The notes under the pieces: generated by a model
Database searches by the model: none
Told to the model about the DNA's origin: nothing
Seen by the model: the letters and a program-made list of their open reading frames with translations, nothing else
Part shown: one piece after another, positions 9,201 through 18,739 of the stretch
How the letters are laid out: each line of letters begins with the position of its first letter
Position numbering within the stretch: the stretch's first letter is position 1
Made by a program: the position numbers and the translations under genes
Assembly (NCBI GenBank): GCA_041659805.1
Contig: JBAZXP010000001.1
Span: 589 to 64,588 of the forward strand
Length of the DNA stretch: 64,000 nucleotides
Direction of reading: 5' to 3'
From: Microgenomates group bacterium
Lineage (GTDB): Bacteria > Patescibacteriota > Microgenomatia > Daviesbacterales > UBA10151

Positions 9201-10262
9201 ATGTTTAAAATGCTTCACGACATGATGAACAAAAAACCCTGGATCCTTATACCATTATTTCTTACGCTAGCTGCTGGGATTATCTGGGTTTTAAACGTTC
9301 AGTTTCAGCCTAAACCTTCTGCCTCATTATTAAAATCTGCAGAGGATACCCCTCAAAAACTAATATTAACTTACTCTTTTGCCAAAGCTAATCAACTGCC
9401 CGTTATTGTTGCTCAGGGAAAAGGATTATTTAATAAATACAATATTGCTGTAGATATCCAACAAGTACCTAAAAACGTAACATCTATGCTTGTTTCCGGA
9501 AAAGCAGATATAATGTTGGGGACTCCAAATATTGCTTTATCAGCAGTGGTTGAGGGATCCAAGCTTTCCTGGATTGGTTCAGTTAATAACGACCAGGCCC
9601 TGGTAGTTATTGCTACCAAAAATCTGAAAGACATTAAAACCGCAGGTATCATTGCTGGTCCAGGTCGAGCCCAAGCAATTGGACTACTTAATAATTTAGG
9701 ATTAGACATAAACAAAATTAGCTATCAAGAACTTGCCGGTAACCCAGAACGATTACTGGCCTTGCAACAAAAACAAGTAGATGTAACCAACGTACCTAAA
9801 CCAGACTGGCTAAATTTTAAGAAGAAGGCTAATCTGGGTGAAGAGTATAAAATTCTGTTGGATTCCTCTTTTGAACCAGAAGCCCAGATACCAATTGGAA
9901 TCATTGTCAGAAATGAATATTTAGAACAAAATAAATCATCTGTAGAGAGCTTTGTTAAAGCTTTATTGGAAGCAGACTACTGGATGAAAGATCTAAACAA
10001 CAAAAAAGAGCTCGCTGAAATTCTCCAGAAACACTACCCTGATATGTCTCCCGAGGAGATAACAGTTGAGATTGACTCTTACCTTCCAACACTTACAAAC
10101 CTGCAATTTACCCCAACAAAAGAAAAAGGAGAAGCATCACTAAAAATAATAGCAGCTTCTAATCCTAAAGCTAAAGACTATAATTTAAATGACTTTATTA
10201 ATACAAAAATCGCAGATTCACTAAAAGCTGCTGGTTTCTTAACAAAACTTGGCTTTAACTAA
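9201..10262 (+). CDS. ABC transporter substrate-binding protein (NMT1/SsuA/TauA-like), anchored by an N-terminal TM helix.
   Basis: It has an N-terminal TM ('WILIPLFLTLAAGIIWVL') and no lipobox. The periplasmic-binding-fold pattern runs through 'LTYSFAKANQLPVIVAQGKGLF...ADIMLGTPNIAL'. It sits inside the ABC cluster. Confidence 0.7.
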   Translation: MFKMLHDMMNKKPWILIPLFLTLAAGIIWVLNVQFQPKPSASLLKSAEDTPQKLILTYSFAKANQLPVIVAQGKGLFNKYNIAVDIQQVPKNVTSMLVSGKADIMLGTPNIALSAVVEGSKLSWIGSVNNDQALVVIATKNLKDIKTAGIIAGPGRAQAIGLLNNLGLDINKISYQELAGNPERLLALQQKQVDVTNVPKPDWLNFKKKANLGEEYKILLDSSFEPEAQIPIGIIVRNEYLEQNKSSVESFVKALLEADYWMKDLNNKKELAEILQKHYPDMSPEEITVEIDSYLPTLTNLQFTPTKEKGEASLKIIAASNPKAKDYNLNDFINTKIADSLKAAGFLTKLGFN

Positions 10263-11542
10263 ACATCAAGATAATAAGTAAAAGGCTTGTGCTTAAGATT
10301 CGCTCCAAGAGAATCTATAAATTCTATTTCTAGAGGCGAGAAAATTTTATTTTTAACTAAATCAGCTAGTGTATCATCCCGAGAAATACAGAAATTATTA
10401 CTTACCTCTTTAGTAACTTGAGATTTTATTTGGACTGAGAGATTCTTTTTTGACACAAGCTGAAGCTTTAATCTGGGTAAACGCTTGCAATTTGAGTAAT
10501 CATATATATATAGCTTCCAAAAATAAGAATCGCAATACTTATAAAAAGGCGAAACTGCCTTTTCTAATTCTTCGGAAGAGAAGAGATAACCACGAACATC
10601 CAAAACATTAAGTCCGAATCTACCTAAAGTCTTTAATTTTAACTTTGCCCCACAAGGACAATCTTCTTCAATCAGCTTCGCCACATCGCTTGTTCGATAT
10701 CTAATCATAGGTAATTCCATCTTGGTGTGTACATGTGTTACCGCTAAAATACTTTCTTTTTCGGGATTAACAACTTCCAAATAACAATTGGCAGTCAGGG
10801 GATGATAAATGTTAAGATTTTCTTCATTAACAAGATGCTCACAGGTATAACCTAAAACATGTGCTTCAGCACAAGCATAAACAAAGGTAAAACAGGCATT
10901 CTTGAAATTCTTTTTAAAATACCTAAATTGCCTCAGAGAACAATTTTCTCCTCCAAGAGCTATATATCTTATTTGATCTTCTAACTTTTGCTTTTTTAAA
11001 TAAGGTACAAAATGTTCTAATATTGTGGGCGAAGCTTGAATAGCTTCAACCTTTAGCTCTTCAACAATTTTGGCTGCCTTTTCTAAATCGTAGACACTGC
11101 CTAAACAGCGCAGAATACTCGGATGTCTGAAAACCGGTCTGGTTTGAACAGCCCAAAAAGCAGTTTCACTCAAAATAACCATGGCACACTTGATATTTAA
11201 ATCCAATGCTTTTTTCACCATAAATCCCGTGGCAGGATTCTTTAAACCTGCTCTTAGTATGGTAACAAATTTAGCTCCTGAAGTATTACCACTAAAATTA
11301 ACTCCTTTCACTTTTTCTTTAGGAAAATAAAACCTATCATAAGGATCAACATTAACCAATTCTTCTCTGGTTAAAAATGGCAGTTTTTTAAAATCCTCCA
11401 TAGAGTTGATATCTTTAAGAAGATTAATACCTGCTTTGGTATATTTATCTCTGTAAAAGCTAGAGTAAGGGCTGTTCCAAACAAATTCCAAAACTTTTTT
11501 GATTTTTTTAAACTGAGGATCAATTTTAGTTTTTTTCATCAA
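10259..11542 (-). CDS. PaaK/CapK-like adenylate-forming enzyme, paralog 2.
   Basis: 'FYRDKYTKAGINLLKDINSMEDFKKLPFLTREELV' is near-identical in pattern to the 7853..9157 product. 'MIRYRTSDVAKL' is present. Conserved CPCG / CKCG motifs occur in both paralogs. Confidence 0.55.
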   Translation of the reverse strand: MMKKTKIDPQFKKIKKVLEFVWNSPYSSFYRDKYTKAGINLLKDINSMEDFKKLPFLTREELVNVDPYDRFYFPKEKVKGVNFSGNTSGAKFVTILRAGLKNPATGFMVKKALDLNIKCAMVILSETAFWAVQTRPVFRHPSILRCLGSVYDLEKAAKIVEELKVEAIQASPTILEHFVPYLKKQKLEDQIRYIALGGENCSLRQFRYFKKNFKNACFTFVYACAEAHVLGYTCEHLVNEENLNIYHPLTANCYLEVVNPEKESILAVTHVHTKMELPMIRYRTSDVAKLIEEDCPCGAKLKLKTLGRFGLNVLDVRGYLFSSEELEKAVSPFYKYCDSYFWKLYIYDYSNCKRLPRLKLQLVSKKNLSVQIKSQVTKEVSNNFCISRDDTLADLVKNKIFSPLEIEFIDSLGANLKHKPFTYYLDV

Positions 11543-11637
11543 TAAAATTGTTTATACCATATTTCTATTCTTAAATAAAGGAAAAATTAAATTCCACAAT
11601 ATGGTTTATGGGGCAAGTTTGATACTACACTAGAGGA

Positions 11638-12834
11638 CTATTTCAGATTTATCCCAAAAAGATTTGGGATAGAAGCTGTGGGAGTATTGAAAGATGTGAG
11701 TACCATCAGCCTACTGGAATCAGACCAGGGATAAACATCAGAGCCTTCAAATTTACCTGCAAATATATCAGAAATATTTGAACCATCATATTCACAGATA
11801 CTGATTTTATCAGCCATGACTAAAATAACATGTCTGGAATCCGGCAGCCAAATATATGCTTTTGCTTCAGGTAAACTATAGTCTTTATTAGTCAGTAAAT
11901 CATAGACTTTATAGCCCTTCAAAATAATCCCCGGTGCCTGAGTAATAGTTGGTTTAGCAGATACCACCTGTTGCTTAATGCCTCCGGTAATAATTTTAGA
12001 TTCATCAGGAGACCATATTAGAGAAGCTGAGTCTGAGGCAATCTGACGTATTTTTAGATTTGAAATAATAGCAAGTTTGATATCATCTTTTGTTTTTTGA
12101 TCTTCTTCCCAAGTCTTTAAGGTATTAACAACAAGTGGTGTGATATCTTTTAAATCTCCAAGAGAAGTAAAAGTTTCAAAGTTAACCAGATAATTTCTTA
12201 AACCAGTTTCTCCTGTAGTTCCACCTTGTTGTAAGGTTATAAGTAGCTGTTTTGAATCAGGAGACCATTTAAAAGTAGCTTTAGAAAAATCTAATTCTGA
12301 ATTTGATGCTACAATCTGATGAGGCTCTGCACTTCTATTTAAAGATAGTGGTTGCGCACTCATTGTCCAAACCCAAATACCACCTTTTTGACGGGTGCGT
12401 GCATCAGACACCATTGGCACAGCAAAAGCCAGTTTCTGGCTATCAGGAGAAAGAATTGGATTAATTGCCCCATTAAAAGTTAAAGGGTAAATTGTAGGCA
12501 AAGCCGGGAATAATGTGGCCTTTACCTCTGAAACTAATCCTTCTTTCACTTCAATGTTCTTTTCCCAAGCTATAAATCCTTCCTTAACAAGCTTAATATT
12601 ATATGTTTTAGGGCTAAGCTGTGAGAGTGTTGCGTTGGTGGCTGTGGTTAAATGCCCATCGATATAAACTGAAGCACCATCAGGCAAAGATGTAACAGTA
12701 ATAATCCCTGTTCCTTTTAACTTTTTTTCTGAAGTGGAAAATGTGTAACCTTTGCTTAAGTAGATTGCAGCTATTGCAACAATTGCGATGATTACCACAG
12801 TTGCAACAGTAATCAAAAATCTTTTTGAAACCAT
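11638..12834 (-). CDS. PEGA-domain plus TolB-like beta-propeller protein, N-terminally membrane anchored.
   Basis: The TM is 'FLITVATVVIIAIVAIAAIYL'. The PEGA-like segment is 'ITVTSLPDGASVYIDGHLTTATNATL...YNIKLVKEGFIAWEKNIEV'. TolB-type blades are 'SPDSQKLAFAV', 'WSPDSKQLLIT' and 'WSPDESKIITGG'. Confidence 0.55.
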   Translation of the reverse strand: MVSKRFLITVATVVIIAIVAIAAIYLSKGYTFSTSEKKLKGTGIITVTSLPDGASVYIDGHLTTATNATLSQLSPKTYNIKLVKEGFIAWEKNIEVKEGLVSEVKATLFPALPTIYPLTFNGAINPILSPDSQKLAFAVPMVSDARTRQKGGIWVWTMSAQPLSLNRSAEPHQIVASNSELDFSKATFKWSPDSKQLLITLQQGGTTGETGLRNYLVNFETFTSLGDLKDITPLVVNTLKTWEEDQKTKDDIKLAIISNLKIRQIASDSASLIWSPDESKIITGGIKQQVVSAKPTITQAPGIILKGYKVYDLLTNKDYSLPEAKAYIWLPDSRHVILVMADKISICEYDGSNISDIFAGKFEGSDVYPWSDSSRLMVLTSFNTPTASIPNLFGINLK

Positions 12835-12852
12835 ATTTAATAGTATAACAAA

Positions 12853-13584
12853 TTAATTAGCAAAAGGCTTGTCTCCTTCAAGTCTTGCTCTAACGATTAG
12901 TCGGTTTATGGTTGTTCCCGGAGGATCACAGGTTTGCATTGTTAAAACAGGAGTATCATAATTTTGGATCAGGAAGTTTGTATCCCTGGCTGAAACTACA
13001 CTCTTATCAAAAACTATATAGTCGAAGCGCTTACCTTTATAAAAAATAATCACTCTATCCCCAATATTAAGTTTACCCAATAAGTAAAAAACAGCATTGT
13101 ATCTGACCACATCCCAGGGTGCATTCACTGAATGGGAAAAAAGATACATATTCCCAGGCTCACCAGGGAAAGAAGTTCCCCTTGCCTGAGCTATTCCTCC
13201 TGATAAAGCCTTCATATATTCTTTCTCATTATTTGGATCAACATCAGCCACGATTTTTGCATTAGCATCTATTTTTTCAATTACAATCCCAAAATCAGTT
13301 GATTTAGGAGTAATTGTTTTTACTTCAGAACTAAAAATATCTCCGAACCCAGATTGTACCGGTTCAGGTGTGATTGTTGGAGTTTCAACCCCCTGGGAAG
13401 TAATAACTTTTGGCAGAACTGCTTTTCTACCTGATATTTCTCCCAGATTAAATTTAATTTCTTCTATGCTTACCGGTTCCACAATTAAAATCACAGTTAA
13501 AATACCAATCAGAATAAATAAGTAGCTGAAGAAACGGAGTAAAAAAACTTGATGATAATGTGGCAGACCAAATTTTAATTTCAT
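12853..13584 (-). CDS. Sortase-family transpeptidase.
   Basis: It has an N-terminal TM. The catalytic His context is 'MYLFSHS'. The TLxTC motif is 'LTMQTCDPPG'. The conserved Arg is 'RLIVRARL'. Spacing follows the SrtA pattern G.H...GD.I...Y.Y.V....LTLxTC...R.IV.A. Confidence 0.65.
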   Translation of the reverse strand: MKLKFGLPHYHQVFLLRFFSYLFILIGILTVILIVEPVSIEEIKFNLGEISGRKAVLPKVITSQGVETPTITPEPVQSGFGDIFSSEVKTITPKSTDFGIVIEKIDANAKIVADVDPNNEKEYMKALSGGIAQARGTSFPGEPGNMYLFSHSVNAPWDVVRYNAVFYLLGKLNIGDRVIIFYKGKRFDYIVFDKSVVSARDTNFLIQNYDTPVLTMQTCDPPGTTINRLIVRARLEGDKPFAN

Positions 13585-13590
13585 GGTTAG

Positions 13591-13663
13591 TGACCCAGGC
13601 GAGAGTCGAACTCACAACCTTTCCCTTAGGACGGGACTGCTCTATCCATTGAGCTACTGGGCC
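13591..13663 (-). tRNA. tRNA-Arg (anticodon CCT).
   Basis: The reverse complement is GGCCCAG-TA-GCTC-AATGGATA-GAGC-A-GTCCC-GTCCTAA-GGGAA-AGGTT-GTGAG-TTCGACT-CTCGC-CTGGGTC-A. The acceptor has 7 bp with one G-U pair. A T-loop TTCGA is present. CCA is not encoded. The anticodon stem has one mismatch. Confidence 0.75.
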
Positions 13664-13709
13664 TGGATGGTTTTATTTTATCATTCAAGAGATTAAAATA
13701 CGAATATCA

Positions 13710-13781
13710 CGGGGACTAGTTCATCGGTAGAACGCTGCGTTCGGGACGCAGAGGCAGAGGGTTCAATTCCCTCGTCCCCGA
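13710..13781 (+). tRNA. tRNA-Pro (anticodon CGG).
   Basis: The fold is CGGGGAC-TA-GTTC-ATCGGTA-GAAC-G-CTGCG-TTCGGGA-CGCAG-AGGCA-GAGGG-TTCAATT-CCCTC-GTCCCCG-A. All four stems are Watson-Crick. CCA is not encoded. Confidence 0.8.
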
Positions 13782-13799
13782 CAAAAAAGGGATTAAGAC

Positions 13800-14636
13800 T
13801 TAAGAAGCTTTGGAAAGTTGCTTTTCAGGAGATCTTCTTTGAATCAGATCATCTCTGTAAATAACTCCGACAAAACTGGGTAATTTCTTGCGGGGAGCAC
13901 AAGTTTTTTCAATTGCCAAAAGCCTTTCACCGGGATTTAATACAAACTCACTTTCTGAAGGAAAAGAGTCTCTGACCTTAATAGATTTTTCTTCCATTTC
14001 AGCAGTGATATCTCTAAATATTCCCAGCTCCCTCTTAACAGCTTCTTTCGAATCACTTCCATGAACTAAATTATTAGGAAGCTCTTCTTCAATTGCGTAC
14101 TTTCCACGAATAGATTCAGGATCAGCTTCATTAGCGTGAGTCTTTCCCATTTCTTTTCTCCACCGATTAACTGCATCGCCATCTTCATGATAGATTAGAA
14201 GAAAGGTCAGCGGTCCTGATTGAGAAAAGTCATAGATTGATTTCCAAATATGTTCCGGATACTTTTCCTTGGCATCAGCATAAAACTTCTCAACATCTTT
14301 AGGTAATAATTTCAAAGATAAAGAAAAAACAATATTATCTTTAATCTCTTCTGCAATCAAATCGGCAGCAACTTGGTCATCAGTAGAAAGCCGTCTACTA
14401 TTATTAGCCTGTGGTTTAATTATTCCTAAAGTAATATTTCCTTCATCAATCAACCTCTCAAGTTCAGGGTGATTTAAAACCTGATTTATTTTATGGAGTT
14501 TTTCTAGTTCAAGCTCAGATAGACTCATTTTTTCAGCTCTGAGAGCAACTGAAGTTAGCTCTGCCAAACCGCGGGAACTAAATACGCCCGGAGTCTCTAT
14601 ATTCATAAAATCTATTTCATTATTTTCTTTAGTCAT
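13800..14636 (-). CDS. ndk: Nucleoside diphosphate kinase with N- and C-terminal extensions (278 aa against a canonical ~140).
   Basis: The core is 'ITLGIIKPQA...SGPLTFLLIYHEDGDAV...HANEADPESIRGKYA...NLVHGSD'. Against the canonical NDK 'FIMIKPDG...SGPVVAMVWEG...NPADS.PGTIRGDF...N.IHGSD' the catalytic His in NxxHGSD is conserved. Confidence 0.75.
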   Translation of the reverse strand: MTKENNEIDFMNIETPGVFSSRGLAELTSVALRAEKMSLSELELEKLHKINQVLNHPELERLIDEGNITLGIIKPQANNSRRLSTDDQVAADLIAEEIKDNIVFSLSLKLLPKDVEKFYADAKEKYPEHIWKSIYDFSQSGPLTFLLIYHEDGDAVNRWRKEMGKTHANEADPESIRGKYAIEEELPNNLVHGSDSKEAVKRELGIFRDITAEMEEKSIKVRDSFPSESEFVLNPGERLLAIEKTCAPRKKLPSFVGVIYRDDLIQRRSPEKQLSKAS

Positions 14637-14905
14637 TCTTCTTGTCTTCTCTTTCCTGTTTTTTCTTATCCAAAAAATTTAAAAAGCTATCCAAAGTCTG
14701 GATTTCTTTTATTATTTTTTTCTTTTCATCTTTTTGCTTGTTCATCTTTTAAGCGCGCCAAAAAATAAATTGAGCTTGTTTGGCGGATAACAGACAAATT
14801 ATAACACCAAAAAACCCATAGTGCAAATGATTAGCCCACAAAAAAACTCTGTGAATCCACAGATAAATAGATCTAAGCCTAAAAATAACTAGGTTTAAGA
14901 AGAAA

Positions 14906-15979
14906 CTATTCCTCTTTCAGCACTTCAGACATTTGTTTAAGTAATCCCACCACAACCGGTGCAGGCATCAAGCTGTAAGATTTGACACCTTTATTGTCCT
15001 CCACAGTCCAAGGGCTTTCAATGACCTTAACAGCTTTATTTTCTTTATCATATTCAAAACTAAAACCTGGAGTCAGCTCATAATTATCAAAATTCTCATC
15101 TGCTACATCAGTCGGTACTGAATTTCGAAGACGAATAATTGGAATTCCGGATAATTCATTGGCTTTATCAATAATTTGCTGATCTTTGGCCAGTCTTTCT
15201 TTAATTGGTTCTATCCCCAAATCATCCCCTTCTTTACCAACCATCACTGCTTTGTCACAAGACGGATTATCACATTTCAAATAAAACTCATCATTCTTTT
15301 CATCATATTCGACCAAAGTAGTTGGAAGTAATCTAATGTTTCTTGGAGCCTGACATTTAGGACAAATCCTTCTGAATTTAATTCTTTCATTAATAACAGA
15401 ATCTGGAATATCAATTAAAACATACATGTCTTTATCATTGCCTCTTCCTATTACCTCTTTGAAATACAACGAAGCTGAAATTTGATCAATCTCTCTGGGG
15501 AAACCATCTAAGAAAACACTTTTCCCATCCAGTTCTTCAAATTTAACCCTAAGCATAGCTATAATAAACTCAGACGGCAAAAGAGCGCTGGCAGATCTGC
15601 CTAAAAATCTTTCAACTGCTTCATCAAATTCCAAAGGGCCTCTATAAAATTCTTTTAGTTTTTTTCCTTTTGGTCCTTTTATATAATTATCCCAATCAGC
15701 GTGGATTTCTCTAACTAAATCTCCTACAGAAAGATGGACAATTTTATCTTTACCAATAAGGTTGGAGAAAATCTTGGAGTAAGTTCCTTTACCAGCATTT
15801 TTCTTACCCACAAAGTAAGCAATAAAATTCCCTTTCTCAAGGGCTTTTTTGATAATTTCTATTTCTTTGCCTGTTTTAGCTTCAAAATATTTACTTACAG
15901 AATCTGGGTTGGTTAAATCAAATGTTTCTGTAACACTTTTTACTTTAGCTCCAATAATAGGAAAATCTGCTTTAGACAT
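14906..15979 (-). CDS. Adenylate-kinase-family protein, extended to 357 aa, with a Cys4 LID-like insert.
   Basis: The P-loop-like motif is 'GKKNAGKGTYSK'. The adenylate-kinase hallmark NMP-binding motif is 'VFLDGFPREIDQI'. The zinc-ribbon-like insert is 'CPKCQAPRN...CDNPSCDKA'. Confidence 0.5.
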   Translation of the reverse strand: MSKADFPIIGAKVKSVTETFDLTNPDSVSKYFEAKTGKEIEIIKKALEKGNFIAYFVGKKNAGKGTYSKIFSNLIGKDKIVHLSVGDLVREIHADWDNYIKGPKGKKLKEFYRGPLEFDEAVERFLGRSASALLPSEFIIAMLRVKFEELDGKSVFLDGFPREIDQISASLYFKEVIGRGNDKDMYVLIDIPDSVINERIKFRRICPKCQAPRNIRLLPTTLVEYDEKNDEFYLKCDNPSCDKAVMVGKEGDDLGIEPIKERLAKDQQIIDKANELSGIPIIRLRNSVPTDVADENFDNYELTPGFSFEYDKENKAVKVIESPWTVEDNKGVKSYSLMPAPVVVGLLKQMSEVLKEE

Positions 15980-15982
15980 AAT

Positions 15983-17068
15983 TTATTTTACCTCTATATC
16001 CGAAATATTGTAACTGCCATCATCATAAACGTCAACTATGGCAAATCTGGGGGCCTGAGTATTTCTTTCTTTGGAAAGCGCCCCAACAGTTACCATATTA
16101 ATGTTTGTTTCCATATCAGTGTAGGTAGTGTAAGCATGAATGTCGCCTGCAAAAACTCCTCCAACTTTTGCCCCTTTCATTAAACCCAATAATTCTTTAG
16201 CCTGGTTTTGTAATTTGGTGTTGGCAGGAACACCGGGATCTGATTTTCGGGCACTGCCCATCACCTGATCAGAACTTGGATGAGTCAAAGGTTCATGTAG
16301 AAATATATAGATTGATTTAGTTTGATCATCTTTTCCCTTACTTAATTCTGTTTCTAACCAAGACTGTTGTGTATTGTCTACCCCGCTGTAATTATCTGAG
16401 TTATAAAGCAGCACAAACCTAATTCCTGAATCAGAAAAAGCCTGATATGGAGTTCTAAATACCTCACTAAAGTTTGTAACAGCTGATTTTCCCTTGTCTC
16501 GGGAATCCCATAAATCATGATCCCCTGGAATTGCATAGTAAGGTAAACCGGAATCCGCAAAAGCTTGTTTTGCAGATTTCAGCTCATCAACAGTACCAAC
16601 ATCAGAGTAATCACCTAACCCGATCACAAACTTAACATTATCTGCTTTGGCCTGAGCAAAAGCTGCTTTTAACGTATCTACATCTTTATGAGAGTCTGCA
16701 ACAAGCGCAAATTTCAAAACCACACTACCACTTTTTTTTGTATTTGTTGAAGCGCTTTTATTAGATGACATTTGAGTGGCTAAAGGTAATTTAAAATCTT
16801 TATTGGGACTGAAACTTAAGATACTAGTGATAATTTTGACTGTATCTTCAGAAGTAACAAACCCCATTACAGCAGCCTTTGGGTTGGAGGGAAACTCATT
16901 AATAGCTTTGGTAAAAGGATCATTTTCCAAAGATGTGCCTGAAAAATACTTAAAAGCCTGAATTAAAGCAATTCCCAGTAATAAAAATAGTACCAAAGAT
17001 AAAAACAACCTAAAGATTGTAAATGGCAACGGAGTTCTTCTTCTTTTGCTTTCCGAGTGTCTAAACAT
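15983..17068 (-). CDS. Calcineurin-like metallophosphoesterase, membrane anchored.
   Basis: It has an N-terminal TM. The metallophosphoesterase motifs are 'VIGLGDYSD', 'GDHD', 'FLHEPL' and 'GDIHAY'. Confidence 0.7.
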   Translation of the reverse strand: MFRHSESKRRRTPLPFTIFRLFLSLVLFLLLGIALIQAFKYFSGTSLENDPFTKAINEFPSNPKAAVMGFVTSEDTVKIITSILSFSPNKDFKLPLATQMSSNKSASTNTKKSGSVVLKFALVADSHKDVDTLKAAFAQAKADNVKFVIGLGDYSDVGTVDELKSAKQAFADSGLPYYAIPGDHDLWDSRDKGKSAVTNFSEVFRTPYQAFSDSGIRFVLLYNSDNYSGVDNTQQSWLETELSKGKDDQTKSIYIFLHEPLTHPSSDQVMGSARKSDPGVPANTKLQNQAKELLGLMKGAKVGGVFAGDIHAYTTYTDMETNINMVTVGALSKERNTQAPRFAIVDVYDDGSYNISDIEVK

Positions 17069-17098
17069 AGTATATCTATCTTATCTTACTATATATTC

Positions 17099-18739
17099 TT
17101 ACATTCGCTCAGGAGCTTCAATGCCCATGATGTTCAGTGAATTACCCAAGACAATCTTACAGGCTTTAACTAAAGCCAGTCTGGCAACTTTTAAGTCTTC
17201 AGTTTCAGCATTTAACACCCTACAAGACTCATAAAATTTGTGGAATAGATCTGCCAATCTTGCGCTATAAGTTGTTAATTTATGTACGCTGTAGCTATCA
17301 CCTATTTCTAAAATCAATTCAGGAAAACCGGTGAGATATTTAATCAATTCCAACTCTGCTGTTGTAGTCAATAAATCTAAATTCGGCTTATCAAATTTAG
17401 TCTCAGCCTTAGTTAAAATGTTAGCCATTCTGACATGAGCATATTGAACATAAAAAACAGGATTTTTATTTGACTGTTCTTTTGCTAAATCCAAATTAAA
17501 ATCAATATGGGTATCAGGCGAATACATCAGAAAGAAAAATCTGGCTACATCTTTGCTTACTTGTTCCAGCAATTCATCCAACGTCACAAAAGTTCCTGCT
17601 CTTTTTGACATCCTTACTTCTGTTCCACCCTTAAACAACCTTACAAACTGCATAAAAATTATATCTACTTTACCCTTAAACCCTAAAGCATCAGCAGCAC
17701 CCTTAATTCTGTCTGCATAACCAAAATGGTCTGCCCCTAAAATATTGATCTTTTTAAAGTAACCCCTACTCAAAACCTCCTCATGATGGGCAATATCAGC
17801 CATAAAATAGGTTGGCTCCTCTTTCCCTCTGCCACCCTGTATAGATGTAATTAAAGCCCGGTCTTTTTCATCTCCAAATTCAGTGGATTTAAACCATAAA
17901 GCCCCGTCTTTTTCATAAGCCACACCTTTTTTCTTTAAAATATCAGCTGTTTTCTCAATTAGTCCTCTTTCATAGACTGATCTTTCGGAATAATATTCAT
18001 CAAAACTAATTCCTAAACGTGATATGGCCGGTTTAATTTCATTGTCTAATAAATGATCTGCTAACAGATGGCCCAGTTGTTGCGGATCTAAATCAAGTTT
18101 ATCAGAGAATTTTTTAGCCAAATCCTTTATATACTCGCCCTTATAATGCTCCTCTTTTGATTCAACTTTCCCGGCAGCAGCAAGCGTTGCTTCCCCTAAA
18201 AGCCGGACCTGATTGCCCGTATCATTGACATAATATTCTCTGTGCACCTGATAGCCCAAAAAAGATAGGACATTAGCCAAAGTATCTCCGATAGCCCCAC
18301 CCCTGCCGTTGGCAAGTGTCAGAGGACCTGTTGGGTTAGCGGAAATAAATTCTACATCAATAATCTTATTGTCTTTTTTACCGCCTTTTCCAAAACCTTC
18401 TCCTTTTTCTAAAATTTCAGAAACTTGTTTTGCCAAGCTTTCTCCTTTTATAAAGAAATTTATAAAACCGGGACCAGCAACCTCTGTCTTATCTAAATAG
18501 TCCAATTTTCCCAGTTTTTCTATAATTTCCTTGGCAATCACTTGTGGCGTCTGCTTGCCATTTTCTGATTTTAGTTTAGACAGTTGTAGTGCGATATTCG
18601 AGGTATAATCTCCGAAGGAAGAATTTTGTGGAATATCACAAACTATATCATCTATTTTATATCCAAGGTCTAAAACTGCCTTTTTCAAATCACTCTCTAA
18701 TTGTTGTTTTACCATGAAACAATCATACCATATTCGCAC
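17099..18739 (-). CDS. argS: Arginine--tRNA ligase.
   Basis: The class-I motif is 'SANPTGPLTLANGRGGAIGDTL'. The KMSKS-equivalent is 'MSKRAGTFVTL'. The N-terminal Arg_tRNA_synt_N region and a C-terminal DALR-type anticodon-binding helical domain are present. The true start is probably the second Met, at 'MVKQQLESDL'. Confidence 0.9.
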   Translation of the reverse strand: MRIWYDCFMVKQQLESDLKKAVLDLGYKIDDIVCDIPQNSSFGDYTSNIALQLSKLKSENGKQTPQVIAKEIIEKLGKLDYLDKTEVAGPGFINFFIKGESLAKQVSEILEKGEGFGKGGKKDNKIIDVEFISANPTGPLTLANGRGGAIGDTLANVLSFLGYQVHREYYVNDTGNQVRLLGEATLAAAGKVESKEEHYKGEYIKDLAKKFSDKLDLDPQQLGHLLADHLLDNEIKPAISRLGISFDEYYSERSVYERGLIEKTADILKKKGVAYEKDGALWFKSTEFGDEKDRALITSIQGGRGKEEPTYFMADIAHHEEVLSRGYFKKINILGADHFGYADRIKGAADALGFKGKVDIIFMQFVRLFKGGTEVRMSKRAGTFVTLDELLEQVSKDVARFFFLMYSPDTHIDFNLDLAKEQSNKNPVFYVQYAHVRMANILTKAETKFDKPNLDLLTTTAELELIKYLTGFPELILEIGDSYSVHKLTTYSARLADLFHKFYESCRVLNAETEDLKVARLALVKACKIVLGNSLNIMGIEAPERM

